NCBI RefSeq assembly: GCF_913055835.1 | Contig: NZ_CAJXKQ010000008.1 | Span: 28,981 to 92,980 of the forward strand | Length of the DNA stretch: 64,000 bases | Reading direction: 5' to 3' | Origin: an uncultured Marinobacter sp. | GTDB lineage: Bacteria > Pseudomonadota > Gammaproteobacteria > Pseudomonadales > Oleiphilaceae | Shown here: piece after piece, positions 40,578 through 50,815 of the stretch | How the letters are laid out: each line of letters opens with the position of its first letter | Numbering within the stretch: the stretch's first letter is position 1 | Program-made: the position numbers and the translations under genes | The notes under the pieces: generated by a model | Databases searched by the model: none | The model's input: the letters and a program-made list of their open reading frames with translations, nothing else | Told to the model about the DNA's origin: nothing

Positions 40578-41888
40578 ATGAAAGTAAAACGGTTTTTTGC
40601 TCAGACCATGGCAGAGGCGCTGAAACAGGTCAGCGAACAGATGGGGCCGGATGCCGTGATTCTTTCCAACCGTCGGGTCGATGGCGGCGTCGAAATCGTG
40701 ACGGCTCTCGACTATGACGAAAACATGGCGCGTCAGCGCCTGGGCAATCAGGCCGAGGAAGCGACCAACGGGTCCCGACTTGCGGAAATGCAGGCTGATC
40801 AGCATCGACGTCTTGAGGATGAATTGAGCCGGTCCCGTGATCGCATCCGGGAGGTTCGGGAAAAGCGTGCCTCCCAGGGCGCCAGCTACGCCGCATCGTC
40901 GTTTCCCGACATTCAGGAAGCCATAGGTGGCGGATTCAGTGACATTGAACCTCTGCCGCGGGCGCCAAAGGAGGGGTATTCCGACGAGCTGGCGCAGATG
41001 CGGGCCGAGATCAGTTCGCTCAAAGACATGATGCAGGGGCATCGGCCGAAACCGGAGTCGGAGGTTTCGGCAACCACCGCCGTCCAGCAGAGGCTGGCCG
41101 AGCGTTTGCAGGAATTCGGACTTGGCAGTGAGTTGGCGGGCTCGATTTCCCGTCGCCACAAGGCCGGGCGTCTCGAGGATGGCTGGAAACAGTCCCTGAA
41201 AATGCTGTGTACCGGCGTCCGGACCTCCCGCATGGAGTGGCTGGATGAGGGCGGCGCCTACGCGTTGGTGGGTCCGACAGGCTCCGGGAAAACCACCACG
41301 ATAGGCAAGCTCGCCGCTCGTTACGTGCTGAAGCATGGCTCAGATTCCGTGGCCCTGGTTACCACCGACCGTTATCGGGTAGCGGCCCACGAGCAGTTGT
41401 TCGTGTTCGGTCGTATCCTGAATGTGCCGGTTCGGGTGGTGGATGAGAGCCACAGTCTCGACGATATTCTGGATGAACTCTCAGACCGTCACCTGGTGTT
41501 GATCGATACCGCCGGGCTGACCAGTGCGGATAAAGGGTATCAGGAACAGCTGGCCGAACTGGCTCGCAGCCACCACAATGTGAAAACCCACCTGGTGGTC
41601 TCGGCAACCAGTCAGCCGCGGATTATGAAATCCGTCTGGCATTGCTATAAGATGGCAAATCTTGCGGGCTGTGTGATGACCAAGATCGATGAGGCCCTGA
41701 CGTTGGGCGAGTCCCTCGGGTTTGTGATGGAGACCGGTCTGCCGGTAGCCTATTACACAGACGGGCAGAAAATCCCGGAGGATCTGCACCACGCCGAAGC
41801 TGTTCCGCTGGTGCGGCTGGCCGTGGATCGGCTGAAAGCATTGCAGCAACAGCAGGCGGTCGCAGAAGGCCTGAAAGAGCACGCCTGA
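40578..41888 (+). CDS. flhF: SRP-type GTPase FlhF
   Basis: MKVKRFFA, GPTGSGKTTTIGKLAA, DTAG, TKIDE. Confidence 0.96.
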   Translation: MKVKRFFAQTMAEALKQVSEQMGPDAVILSNRRVDGGVEIVTALDYDENMARQRLGNQAEEATNGSRLAEMQADQHRRLEDELSRSRDRIREVREKRASQGASYAASSFPDIQEAIGGGFSDIEPLPRAPKEGYSDELAQMRAEISSLKDMMQGHRPKPESEVSATTAVQQRLAERLQEFGLGSELAGSISRRHKAGRLEDGWKQSLKMLCTGVRTSRMEWLDEGGAYALVGPTGSGKTTTIGKLAARYVLKHGSDSVALVTTDRYRVAAHEQLFVFGRILNVPVRVVDESHSLDDILDELSDRHLVLIDTAGLTSADKGYQEQLAELARSHHNVKTHLVVSATSQPRIMKSVWHCYKMANLAGCVMTKIDEALTLGESLGFVMETGLPVAYYTDGQKIPEDLHHAEAVPLVRLAVDRLKALQQQQAVAEGLKEHA

Positions 41889-41955
41889 GACCGGACAGAT
41901 TGATACAGGCGTCGGAAACGCACCCGGCGAAACGTGGCGAGAGAAAAAAAACAGT

Positions 41956-42768
41956 ATGAGCAGAGCACATCCGGTACAGGTGATTGCAGTTTCCGGCGGT
42001 AAAGGTGGAGTCGGCAAGAGTAACGTGTCGGTGAACCTCGGAATTGCCCTGGCGCAGAAAGGCCGGAGAGTGGTGCTGCTCGACGCCGATCTTGGGCTCG
42101 CCAATATCGACGTATTGTTGGGTATTACCGCCAACCGTAACCTTCAGGATGTTCTGGCAGGGGACTGTGACCTCAAGGACGTTCTGGTGAACGGGCCCGG
42201 TGGTATCAAGATTGTCCCTGCCTCCTCCGGCACCCAGAGAATGACCCAGCTCAGCTCTATGGAGCATGCCGGACTGATTAACGCCTTCAGCGAACTGGGG
42301 GATCAGATTGATGTCCTGATCGTGGACACCGCTGCCGGGATTTCCGAATCGGTCGTCAGCTTTCTGAGGGCCTCCCAGGAGCTTTTGCTGGTGGTTTGCG
42401 ACGAGCCAACCTCGATTACTGATGCCTATGCCCTGATCAAACTGATGAACCGGGACTATGGAACCAATCGTTTCCGCATTCTTGCCAACCAGGTGCGAAA
42501 TGAACAGGAAGGCCGGCATCTGTTCGAAAAACTGACACGGGTCACCGAGCGTTTCCTCGATGTAGCACTACAATATGTCGGCATAGTCCCCTACGATGAG
42601 GCGGTAAAGAAAGCGGTCCAGCGACAGCGCGCGGTGCTGGATGCGTATCCCAGAGCGAAAGCCTCGCTGGCCATCAAGGCTCTGGCGGACAAGGTAGACA
42701 GCTGGCCGTTGCCGTCCTCTCCCCGCGGGCACCTGGAATTTTTTGTGGAGCGGCTCGTCGAAGTCTGA
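41956..42768 (+). CDS. fleN: MinD-like flagellar number regulator FleN/FlhG
   Basis: SGGKGGVGKS, DADLGLANID, EPTSITDAYALIK. Confidence 0.96.
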   Translation: MSRAHPVQVIAVSGGKGGVGKSNVSVNLGIALAQKGRRVVLLDADLGLANIDVLLGITANRNLQDVLAGDCDLKDVLVNGPGGIKIVPASSGTQRMTQLSSMEHAGLINAFSELGDQIDVLIVDTAAGISESVVSFLRASQELLLVVCDEPTSITDAYALIKLMNRDYGTNRFRILANQVRNEQEGRHLFEKLTRVTERFLDVALQYVGIVPYDEAVKKAVQRQRAVLDAYPRAKASLAIKALADKVDSWPLPSSPRGHLEFFVERLVEV

Positions 42769-42799
42769 ATCGGATCCAGTCAAACAAGAAACCGGATAC

Positions 42800-43543
42800 A
42801 TGACATTGGCGAAAAACCTCGGAATCTATAACCAGTCGGGTGCGCAAAAGCCGTCTCAGCTCGTTGAGCAGCATGCACCGCTGGTCAAGAAAATTGCCCT
42901 TCACCTGATGGCTCGCCTGCCGGCTTCCGTTCAGCTAGAAGACCTGATGCAGGCCGGTATGATCGGCTTGCTTGAGGCTGCCCAGCGCTATAGTTCCACC
43001 AAAGGTGCCACCTTCGAAACCTACGCCGGTATCCGGATTCGCGGTGCCATGGTGGATGAAATCCGCAAGGGTGACTGGGTTCCCCGTTCCGTTCACCGTA
43101 ACGCCCGCCGTATTTCCCAGGCCATCAAGGCGGTTGAAGACCGTCTGGGCCGCGAGGCCCAGGATCTGGAAGTGGCCGAAGAGCTGGGCATGGGGCTGGC
43201 CGAGTATCATTCCTACCTTTCCGATTCCAACAGCGGCCGACTTTTTAGCCTCGATGAGCTCAATGAATCCGGAGAGCTGCCGATAGAACAGACAGAGACG
43301 CAGGATAATCCCCTTGAGGGGTTGTCCTCCGATGCCTTCCGGCGCAGCCTCGCTGAGGCCATAGAAGACCTGCCGGAACGGGAAAAGCTGGTGCTGAGCC
43401 TGTATTACCAGGAAGAACTGAACCTCAAGGAGATTGGTGCCGTGCTTGGCGTCAGCGAGAGCCGGGTAAGCCAGATTCACAGCCAGGCGGCCCTTCGCCT
43501 TCGGGGACGGCTGTCGGATTGGCGCCAGGAATCGGACAACTGA
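42800..43543 (+). CDS. fliA: Flagellar sigma factor sigma28 FliA
   Basis: DLMQAGMIGLLEA, FETYAGIRIRGAMVDEIR, VSESRVSQIHSQA; start moved to ATG 42800. Confidence 0.97.
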   Translation: MTLAKNLGIYNQSGAQKPSQLVEQHAPLVKKIALHLMARLPASVQLEDLMQAGMIGLLEAAQRYSSTKGATFETYAGIRIRGAMVDEIRKGDWVPRSVHRNARRISQAIKAVEDRLGREAQDLEVAEELGMGLAEYHSYLSDSNSGRLFSLDELNESGELPIEQTETQDNPLEGLSSDAFRRSLAEAIEDLPEREKLVLSLYYQEELNLKEIGAVLGVSESRVSQIHSQAALRLRGRLSDWRQESDN

Positions 43544-43705
43544 TTTCGTGAAGTCTGTGTCCGCGAACGGGCAGTCTGTAGTTTTTGGTAACCGATGCTT
43601 TACAACCGAAGCAAAGGCCTGACAATAAGCGGTTAAAACAGCGGCCTGCTAGACTTTGAACGCGAAGGTCAAACGAATTCCGGGTGTTACTAACTGGAGG
43701 TCCCA

Positions 43706-44089
43706 TTGGACAAAAACATGAAAATCCTCATTGTGGACGATTTCTCCACAATGCGACGGATCATCAAGAACCTGCTGCGTGATCTGGGCTTCACCAACAC
43801 CGACGAAGCAGATGATGGCAACACAGCCCTGCCGATGCTCAAGAGCGGCAAATACGATTTTCTGGTCACCGACTGGAACATGCCTGGCATGTCCGGTTTC
43901 GATCTGCTCAAAGCCGTTCGTGCTGACGAGAACCTGAAAACCCTCCCGGTGTTGATGGTAACGGCCGAGGCCAAGCGGGACCAGATTGTTGCCGCGGCCC
44001 AGGCGGGCGTGAATGGCTATGTGGTCAAACCGTTCACTGCTGCGGTGCTCAAGGAAAAGATTGAGAAAATCTTTGAAAGAATCCAGTAA
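43706..44089 (+). CDS. cheY: Chemotaxis response regulator CheY
   Basis: [26 protein letters not shown]; TTG start after GGAGG. Confidence 0.98.
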   Translation: MDKNMKILIVDDFSTMRRIIKNLLRDLGFTNTDEADDGNTALPMLKSGKYDFLVTDWNMPGMSGFDLLKAVRADENLKTLPVLMVTAEAKRDQIVAAAQAGVNGYVVKPFTAAVLKEKIEKIFERIQ

Positions 44090-44100
44090 CCAGAGGTCGG

Positions 44101-44895
44101 ATGGCTCTCATGAGCGATAGCAAAAAGAACCATCGGGGCCTTGAACCGGAGGTGACGGAAAAGCTCCAGCGACAGGCAGCAGAACTCGCAGAGAGTGTTA
44201 ATGCGGGTGATTATGCCAAAGCCATGACCCTGATCAATGAACTTAGTGAGGTCAGGGATCAGAGTTTGTATCGCGAGGTGGGGCGATTGACCCGGAGCTT
44301 GCACGAAGCAATCCGGAACTTCCAGATTGACCCCCGTAACGCCGAACAGCAGGAAGCACTGTCGAAGATGACGGATGCCTCCGATCGTCTCGAATACGTC
44401 GTGCAGATGACCGGTGAAGCCGCCAACCGCACCATGGACCTGGTTGAGGAAACCATGCCGGTGGCCAACGCCCTGAGAGATGAGGCGGCGTCCTTGCGTG
44501 ATGAGTGGCAGCGTCTGCGTCGCCGGGAAATGCAGCCGGCCGAGTTCCGTGAGCTTTACGGACGGATTGATCGCTTTTTCGTCAGCATGGCCACTGACGC
44601 GGATGCCATGTACAGCAACCTGTCGGAAATCCTCCTTGCTCAGGATTACCAGGATCTGACCGGGCAGGTTATCCAGAAGGTTACGGCCTTGGTGAAAGAG
44701 GTCGAGGAGCAGATGCTCAGCCTGGTGGTGATGGCCAGTCATGTGGACCAGCTCACGGGCACGGTGCACCAGATTGAAGAAAAGGAAGAGTCTGCGGAGA
44801 AGGGCGTCGGGCCCCAGATCAAGGCCGATGAGCGTGAAGATGTAGTCTCGGGACAGGACGACGTAGACGACCTGTTGTCCAGTCTCGGTTTCTGA
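44101..44895 (+). CDS. cheZ: Phosphatase CheZ
   Basis: AQDYQDLTGQVI, GQDDVDDLLSSLGF. Confidence 0.97.
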   Translation: MALMSDSKKNHRGLEPEVTEKLQRQAAELAESVNAGDYAKAMTLINELSEVRDQSLYREVGRLTRSLHEAIRNFQIDPRNAEQQEALSKMTDASDRLEYVVQMTGEAANRTMDLVEETMPVANALRDEAASLRDEWQRLRRREMQPAEFRELYGRIDRFFVSMATDADAMYSNLSEILLAQDYQDLTGQVIQKVTALVKEVEEQMLSLVVMASHVDQLTGTVHQIEEKEESAEKGVGPQIKADEREDVVSGQDDVDDLLSSLGF

Positions 44896-44911
44896 ATAAA
44901 GAGGGTAACGC

Positions 44912-47053
44912 ATGGCGTTTGATGCTGATGAAGAGATTTTGCAGGACTTCCTGGTAGAAGCCGGCGAGATCCTCGAAAAGCTGTCAGAGCAGTTGGTAGA
45001 TCTTGAGCAACATCCTGACGACAGTGATCTGCTCAACGCCATCTTCCGTGGCTTTCACACCGTCAAGGGCGGCGCGGGCTTCCTTCAGCTGGAAGCGCTG
45101 GTAAATTGCTGCCACTCGGCCGAGAACGTTTTTGACATCTTGCGCAACCACAAGCGAAAGGTGGACTCTGAGTTGATGGACGTGGTCCTGGAAGCCCTGG
45201 ACAACGTCAATGCCATGTTTGAGCAGGTCCGCAATCACGAGGAACTGACACCGGCCCCCGACGAACTGATTGCCCGCCTGGATGCCCTGGCCCAGCCGGA
45301 GGGCGAGGGAGCACCTGCCGCTGCCACTCAACCCGAGCAGGAAGAAAGCGAACCGGCAGAAGACGGTGGCGACATCACCGACGACGAATTCGAACAGCTT
45401 CTGGATGCCTTGCAGGACGAAAAAAGCGAAGACCAGACCCCCGCTTCAGACTCCGGAGCGGCTTCCGGTGGCCAGGAGGGTTCCGGAGACGACGAGATTA
45501 CCGACGACGAGTTCGAGGCACTGCTGGACCAACTGCATGGAAAAGGGCAGTTTGCCGGTGCACCTGCGGGCGAGGAAGAGGCTGTCAGCAAAGAAGAAAA
45601 GCCGGCCGCCAAGGCAGAAGGCGGTGGCGGCGATGACCTGATCACCGACGACGAATTCGAGAAACTGCTGGACGATCTTCACGGCAAAGGCGGAAGCCCG
45701 ACCGCCGGGGGAGAGCCTTCAGCCCCGAAAGAGCCCTCAGCCCCGAAAGAGCCTTCAGCTCAGAAAGAGCCCTCAGCCCCTAAAAAGCCTTCAGCGCCAA
45801 AAGAGCCGGCCAAGCCAAAAGCAGAAGCACCGAAGCCCGAAGCCAAAGGCGCGGCGGCACCCGCCATGCCGGCTCGCGAAAATGCTCCGGCTGCGGAAAC
45901 GACGGTACGTGTCGACACCAAGCGCCTCGACGATATCATGAATATGGTGGGCGAGCTGGTACTGGTGCGCAACCGCCTGCAGCGGCTGGGCGCGGATAGC
46001 GAAGACGAGCATATGCACAAGGCGGTTTCCAACCTCGACGTGGTAACCACCGATTTGCAGTCTGCAGTCATGCAAACCCGCATGCAGCCGATCAAGAAAG
46101 TATTTGGCCGGTTCCCGCGGGTGGTGCGTGATCTGGCGAGGAACCTCAAGAAAGAGGTCAACCTGGTGATGCACGGTGAAGACACCGACCTGGACAAGAA
46201 CCTGGTCGAAGCGCTGTCTGATCCACTGGTTCACCTGGTTCGAAACTCGGTCGATCACGGGATCGAAGCCCCGGAAGTGCGCGAAAAAGCGGGTAAACCG
46301 CGCCAGGGTACCGTGACCCTTTCTGCCGAGCAGGAGGGAGATCATATTCTGCTGTTCATCGAAGATGATGGCGCCGGTATGGATCCGGAAGTGCTGCGCC
46401 GCAAGGCCGTGGAAAAAGGGATTTACGACCAGGATGCCGCGGATCGCCTGACCAATTCCGAGTGCTTTAACCTGATTTTTGCGGCCGGATTTTCCACCAA
46501 AGACCAGATTTCAGACGTCTCCGGCCGTGGTGTCGGCATGGATGTGGTGAAAACCAAGATTGGCCAGCTCAATGGTCAGTTGAGTATTGAATCGGAACTG
46601 GGCAAGGGCTCCCGGATTGTCATCAAGGTTCCGTTGACACTGGCCATCATGCCCACCCTGATGATCATGCTGGGGGACCAGTCGTTTGCGTTGCCGCTGG
46701 TCAACGTGGTGGAGATCTTCCACCTGGACCTGACCAAGACCAATATCGTCGACGGGCGTGAGTGTATTGTGGTTCGGGAAAAGGTCTTCCCGCTGTTTCA
46801 CATCAAACGCTGGCTGGTTCGTAACAGTGCCTCCCAGGAGGTGCCCGAGAATGCCCATGTTGTCATCGTGGCCATGGGGACCAAACAGGTGGGCTTTGTG
46901 GTCGACCAGTTGGTCGGTCAGGAAGAGGTGGTTATCAAGCCCCTCGGGCGCGCACTTCAGGGTACGCCGGGAATGGCCGGTGCCACCATTACCGGTGATG
47001 GCCGGATTGCGTTGATTATTGATGTTCCAAGCCTGTTGCAGCACTACGGCTGA
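44912..47053 (+). CDS. cheA: Chemotaxis histidine kinase CheA
   Basis: Hpt FRGFHTVKGGAGF, LVRNSVDHG, DDGAG, SGRGVGMDVV, C-terminal CheW domain. Confidence 0.98.
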   Translation: MAFDADEEILQDFLVEAGEILEKLSEQLVDLEQHPDDSDLLNAIFRGFHTVKGGAGFLQLEALVNCCHSAENVFDILRNHKRKVDSELMDVVLEALDNVNAMFEQVRNHEELTPAPDELIARLDALAQPEGEGAPAAATQPEQEESEPAEDGGDITDDEFEQLLDALQDEKSEDQTPASDSGAASGGQEGSGDDEITDDEFEALLDQLHGKGQFAGAPAGEEEAVSKEEKPAAKAEGGGGDDLITDDEFEKLLDDLHGKGGSPTAGGEPSAPKEPSAPKEPSAQKEPSAPKKPSAPKEPAKPKAEAPKPEAKGAAAPAMPARENAPAAETTVRVDTKRLDDIMNMVGELVLVRNRLQRLGADSEDEHMHKAVSNLDVVTTDLQSAVMQTRMQPIKKVFGRFPRVVRDLARNLKKEVNLVMHGEDTDLDKNLVEALSDPLVHLVRNSVDHGIEAPEVREKAGKPRQGTVTLSAEQEGDHILLFIEDDGAGMDPEVLRRKAVEKGIYDQDAADRLTNSECFNLIFAAGFSTKDQISDVSGRGVGMDVVKTKIGQLNGQLSIESELGKGSRIVIKVPLTLAIMPTLMIMLGDQSFALPLVNVVEIFHLDLTKTNIVDGRECIVVREKVFPLFHIKRWLVRNSASQEVPENAHVVIVAMGTKQVGFVVDQLVGQEEVVIKPLGRALQGTPGMAGATITGDGRIALIIDVPSLLQHYG
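45713..45802 (+). repeat. In-frame 18-bp tandem repeat (5 units) inside cheA
   Basis: GAGCC(T/C)TCAGCCCCGAAA-like units encoding EPSAPK-EPSAPK-EPSAQK-EPSAPK-KPSAPK. Confidence 0.92.
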
Positions 47054-47118
47054 GCCGCGCTGTCAGGAGACTGTGGCCAGAGAAGGCCAGAGAACGATGG
47101 ATTGGGTAGGAGAAGTGG

Positions 47119-48282
47119 ATGACAGTTTCTGTCCTGGTCGTTGACGATTCAGGGTTTTTTCGCAAACGGCTGACGGAAATCCTGACCAGCTCCGGCCAGA
47201 TCAAGGTGGTTGGTGCTGCAACCAACGGTCGGGAAGGTGTGGAGCTGGCCGAAAAACTGCGTCCCGACGTGATCACCATGGATTACGAGATGCCGGTCAT
47301 GGATGGCATCTCCGCTGTGCGCGAAATCATGCGCAAACATCCGATACCGGTGCTCATGTTCTCTTCGCTCACCTATGAAGGCGCCCGGGTGACCCTCGAC
47401 GCACTCGAGGCAGGTGCCGTCGATTTCCTGCCCAAGAATTTCGAAGAAATTGCCCGGGACAACAGCCAGCTCCAGAAAATCCTGATTGAGCGGATTCTGG
47501 ATGTGGCCCGAAGCCGGCCTGGAAACCGGCCTGCGGCTCCGGCCCGTCCCGAACCGTCGGTACCCGGTTTCCGGGCACCAGGCACGGCGCCACGTCTACG
47601 CCCGGACACCCCGCCACGCCAGCGCCCAGACACCCACAGACCTGCAGCCCCGGCCAGTTCATCCGGTGAAGCGGAGGCGCCGAGGCGTCATGCCCGCCGA
47701 GGTGCCGCCAAGCACTACGCCGTGGTTGGTATCGGTACCTCAACCGGTGGACCGGTTGCCCTGCAACGGGTATTGACGGCGTTACCCGCCACGTTTCCGG
47801 CACCACTCGTACTGGTGCAGCATATGCCGGCCAGTTTTACGCCGGCCTTCGCCGAACGTCTGAACAAACTTTGCCGGATTGAAGTCCGGCAGGCCGAGGA
47901 TGGCGACGTCTTGCGGCCCGGGCTTGCATTACTGGCACCCGGCGGCAAACAGATGATGGTCGAAAACCGGGGCGGCCAGGCCAGGATCCGTATTCTGCCC
48001 GGCGACGAACGGCTCAATTACAAGCCCTGTGTCGACGTAACCTTCGGCTCCCTGGCGAGGAGTTTTCCGGGCAAGACGCTGGGCGTCATTCTCACCGGCA
48101 TGGGTTCGGACGGCAAAGAAGGGTGCCGGATGATGAAACAGAGCGGTTCCGACATCTGGTCCCAGGATGAAAAATCGTCAGTTATCTATGGTATGCCCAT
48201 GGCCGTTGCCAAGGCAGGGCTGACTGACGACGTGCTCTCGCTGGACGAGATCGGGCCTCGCCTGGTTGAAGGTGTCTGCTGA
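47119..48282 (+). CDS. cheB: Chemotaxis methylesterase CheB
   Basis: REC domain plus GTSTGGP, QHMP, ILTGMGSDG. Confidence 0.97.
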   Translation: MTVSVLVVDDSGFFRKRLTEILTSSGQIKVVGAATNGREGVELAEKLRPDVITMDYEMPVMDGISAVREIMRKHPIPVLMFSSLTYEGARVTLDALEAGAVDFLPKNFEEIARDNSQLQKILIERILDVARSRPGNRPAAPARPEPSVPGFRAPGTAPRLRPDTPPRQRPDTHRPAAPASSSGEAEAPRRHARRGAAKHYAVVGIGTSTGGPVALQRVLTALPATFPAPLVLVQHMPASFTPAFAERLNKLCRIEVRQAEDGDVLRPGLALLAPGGKQMMVENRGGQARIRILPGDERLNYKPCVDVTFGSLARSFPGKTLGVILTGMGSDGKEGCRMMKQSGSDIWSQDEKSSVIYGMPMAVAKAGLTDDVLSLDEIGPRLVEGVC

Positions 48283-49022
48283 TGGATATCCTGAGTCTGC
48301 TCGGGGTCATACTGGCTTTTGCCGCCATACTCGGCGGCAATCTGCTTGAAGGCGGGGCCGTTGGCTCCCTGTTCAATGGCCCGGCAGCCATTATCGTCAT
48401 CGGGGGGACCCTGGCGGCGACCATCCTCCAGACCTCCTGGCCAATGCTCAAGCGCGCCTTTACCCAGGTCCGTTGGGTGTTCGTTCCGCCGTTCATCAAC
48501 CTCGAAGACGGTATTGGCAAGGTCATCGACTGGAGTGTCAAAGCCCGCAAACAGGGGTTGCTGGGTCTTGAAGGGCTTGCTGAGCGGGAGCCTGAACCCT
48601 TTGCCCGCAAGGGGTTGCAGCTGCTTGTGGACGGGGCCGAAACCGAGACCATCAGGGGCATCATGGAGGTGGACCTGGAGTCCCGGGAGCAGCGCGATCT
48701 GGAGTCCGCCAAAGTGTTCGAGGCCATGGGCGGATATTCCCCGACCATCGGTATCATCGGGGCTGTGATGGGTTTGATCCAGGTAATGACCAACCTCGAG
48801 GACCCGCAGTCCCTGGGTAGCGGGATCGCGACCGCTTTTGTGGCGACCATCTATGGTGTGGCCCTGGCCAACCTCCTGTTCTTTCCGGTTGCGAACAAGA
48901 TGCGCGGTATCGTGCGGGAACGTACCCGCTATGAGGACATGATGATTGACGGCATCATTGCCATCGCCGAGGGTGAAAACCCGAAATCCATCGAATTGCG
49001 GCTGCGGGGCTTCCTGCAGTAA
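48282..49022 (+). CDS. motC: Stator protein MotC (MotA family)
   Basis: GGYSPTIGIIGAVMGLI, AFVATIYG; after cheB as in pseudomonads. Confidence 0.9.
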   Translation: MDILSLLGVILAFAAILGGNLLEGGAVGSLFNGPAAIIVIGGTLAATILQTSWPMLKRAFTQVRWVFVPPFINLEDGIGKVIDWSVKARKQGLLGLEGLAEREPEPFARKGLQLLVDGAETETIRGIMEVDLESREQRDLESAKVFEAMGGYSPTIGIIGAVMGLIQVMTNLEDPQSLGSGIATAFVATIYGVALANLLFFPVANKMRGIVRERTRYEDMMIDGIIAIAEGENPKSIELRLRGFLQ

Positions 49023-49040
49023 GCATGCGCAGGCCAACTT

Positions 49041-49823
49041 ATGCGGCGCCGTAGGCAACCCCAGGATGATCTGCACAACAAGGAGCGGTGGCTGATTTCC
49101 TACGCGGATTTCATCACGCTGCTGTTTGCCTTTTTCGTGGTGATGTACTCAGTATCGTCTGTCAACGAAGGCAAGTACAAAGTCCTGTCCGAAACCCTGA
49201 CCGGTGTGTTTAACGCGCCCCAGAGGTCCTTTCAGCCCATCGAGGTTGGCGACCGGCCCCAAAGATCATTGAACGCGCCTGCAGAGAACGTTATTCCGCC
49301 GGCAGTGACCGAAGCCCCCCGAAATCCGGAGATGGACGCCCAGGCCCGAACGGAAGCCCTTCGAGCCATGGCCGACCAGCTGACGATGGAATTCGACGAG
49401 CTGATTAATCAGGGGGTGGTGTCACTGGAAACCAGCGACGAGTGGCTGGAGCTGAACCTGCCCAACAGTCTGTTGTTTGGCAGCGGCGACGCGGAGCCCC
49501 ATTACGACGCGTTTGAAGTGGTCGAGAAAATCGCCACGGCGCTGAATAACCGGGACAACGCCGTCAAAGTGGAAGGCTTTACCGATAACCAGCCGATCAG
49601 TACCTCCCGCTATCCCTCCAACTGGGAATTGTCTGCCGCCCGGGCGGCGTCGATGGTACGGATGCTCGTGATGGAGGGCATCGAACCGGAGCGTCTTGCC
49701 GCAGTGGGTTATGGCCAGTATCAGCCGGTTGCCCGGAATGATACGGAAGAAGGGCGGCGCAGGAACCGGCGGGTGGTGTTGCTGATTTCCCGTGACGCCA
49801 GCATCCGCGGAGCCATGCGCTGA
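49041..49823 (+). CDS. motD: Stator protein MotD (MotB family)
   Basis: WLISYADFITLLFAFFVVMY; OmpA-like PG-binding domain (EGFTDN, SNWELSAARA, NRRV). Confidence 0.92.
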   Translation: MRRRRQPQDDLHNKERWLISYADFITLLFAFFVVMYSVSSVNEGKYKVLSETLTGVFNAPQRSFQPIEVGDRPQRSLNAPAENVIPPAVTEAPRNPEMDAQARTEALRAMADQLTMEFDELINQGVVSLETSDEWLELNLPNSLLFGSGDAEPHYDAFEVVEKIATALNNRDNAVKVEGFTDNQPISTSRYPSNWELSAARAASMVRMLVMEGIEPERLAAVGYGQYQPVARNDTEEGRRRNRRVVLLISRDASIRGAMR

Positions 49824-49929
49824 CCGGGTCGTCGGCAGATGCGTATAGAGCCATTGGCACGGTTCCTGTATTACTCCCCGTTAACAAAAAGCCGCCGGCA
49901 ACTGCTTGCCGGATTTCCCGGAGATTGGT

Positions 49930-49956
49930 TCAAGTTGCTCGGGGAATGGCCGATAA
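49930..49956 (+). promoter_or_regulatory. Sigma28 (FliA) promoter upstream of the ParC/ParP-like genes
   Basis: TCAAG-N14-GCCGATAA, matching the pseudomonad sigma28 consensus. Confidence 0.8.
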
Positions 49957-50017
49957 ACGGGACTGTGGCGAGAGGTGATTGCCGGCCACACCGATGTATT
50001 CTCTGGAGAATCGAAGC

Positions 50018-50815
50018 GTGCGAATCTGGGCAGTAGCCAATCAAAAAGGTGGTGTCGGTAAAACCACGAGTGTTGTCGCGCTGGGCGGCCTGCTTGCCGA
50101 GCGTGGCAAGCGTGTTCTCGTTGTGGATCTGGACCCTCACGGCTCGCTGACCAGCTGGTTCGGCTACGATCCTGACACCATTGCCCACAGCGTTTTCGAT
50201 CTGTTCCAGCATCAGGGCAAGGTGCCCGAGGGACTCCCGGCCCAGTTGATTACTGACACCAGTTGCAGAGGGTTGTCTTTGTTGCCGGCGAGTGCGGCCC
50301 TGGCCACCCTGGAGCGCAGGATGATCGGTGTTGAGGGTATGGGGTTGATTATCTCCAGGGCCCTGACCCAGCTCTGGGACGATTTCGATTATGTTCTGCT
50401 GGACAATACACCCTCGCTGGGGGTTCTGATGGTCAATGCCCTGGCTGCGGCCCAGCACCTGATTATTCCCGTGCAAACCGAATTTTTGGCCATCAAGGGC
50501 CTGGAACGCATGCTCCATACCCTGAAGATGATCATGCGTTCCCAGAAAAACGAGCTGTCCTATACCATTGTGCCAACGCTGTATGATCGGCGTACCCAGG
50601 CATCGGTGAAGAGCCTCAACCTGTTGCGAAAAACCTATCGAGAATCCCTGTGGCAGTTTGCCATTCCCGTGGACACCAAATTCCGGGATGCCAGCCAGGG
50701 AGGTATCACCCCCTCCGCACTGGATTCGGAAACCCACGGCGTCCGGGCCTACAGCCATCTGTTGGATGATCTCATGTCCCGGGTGGGGATGGTGAAGGAG
50801 CGTCAGCATGGCTGA
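50018..50815 (+). CDS. ParA-family ATPase for chemoreceptor array positioning (ParC-like)
   Basis: ANQKGGVGKTT, VDLDPHGSL; GTG start after GGAG; inside the che cluster. Confidence 0.9.
   Translation: MRIWAVANQKGGVGKTTSVVALGGLLAERGKRVLVVDLDPHGSLTSWFGYDPDTIAHSVFDLFQHQGKVPEGLPAQLITDTSCRGLSLLPASAALATLERRMIGVEGMGLIISRALTQLWDDFDYVLLDNTPSLGVLMVNALAAAQHLIIPVQTEFLAIKGLERMLHTLKMIMRSQKNELSYTIVPTLYDRRTQASVKSLNLLRKTYRESLWQFAIPVDTKFRDASQGGITPSALDSETHGVRAYSHLLDDLMSRVGMVKERQHG

Noticed and set aside
49855-49870. TGGCAC element as a sigma54 promoter before the ParC-like gene
   Set aside because: The -12 position reads GT rather than GC, and a consensus sigma28 promoter lies just downstream
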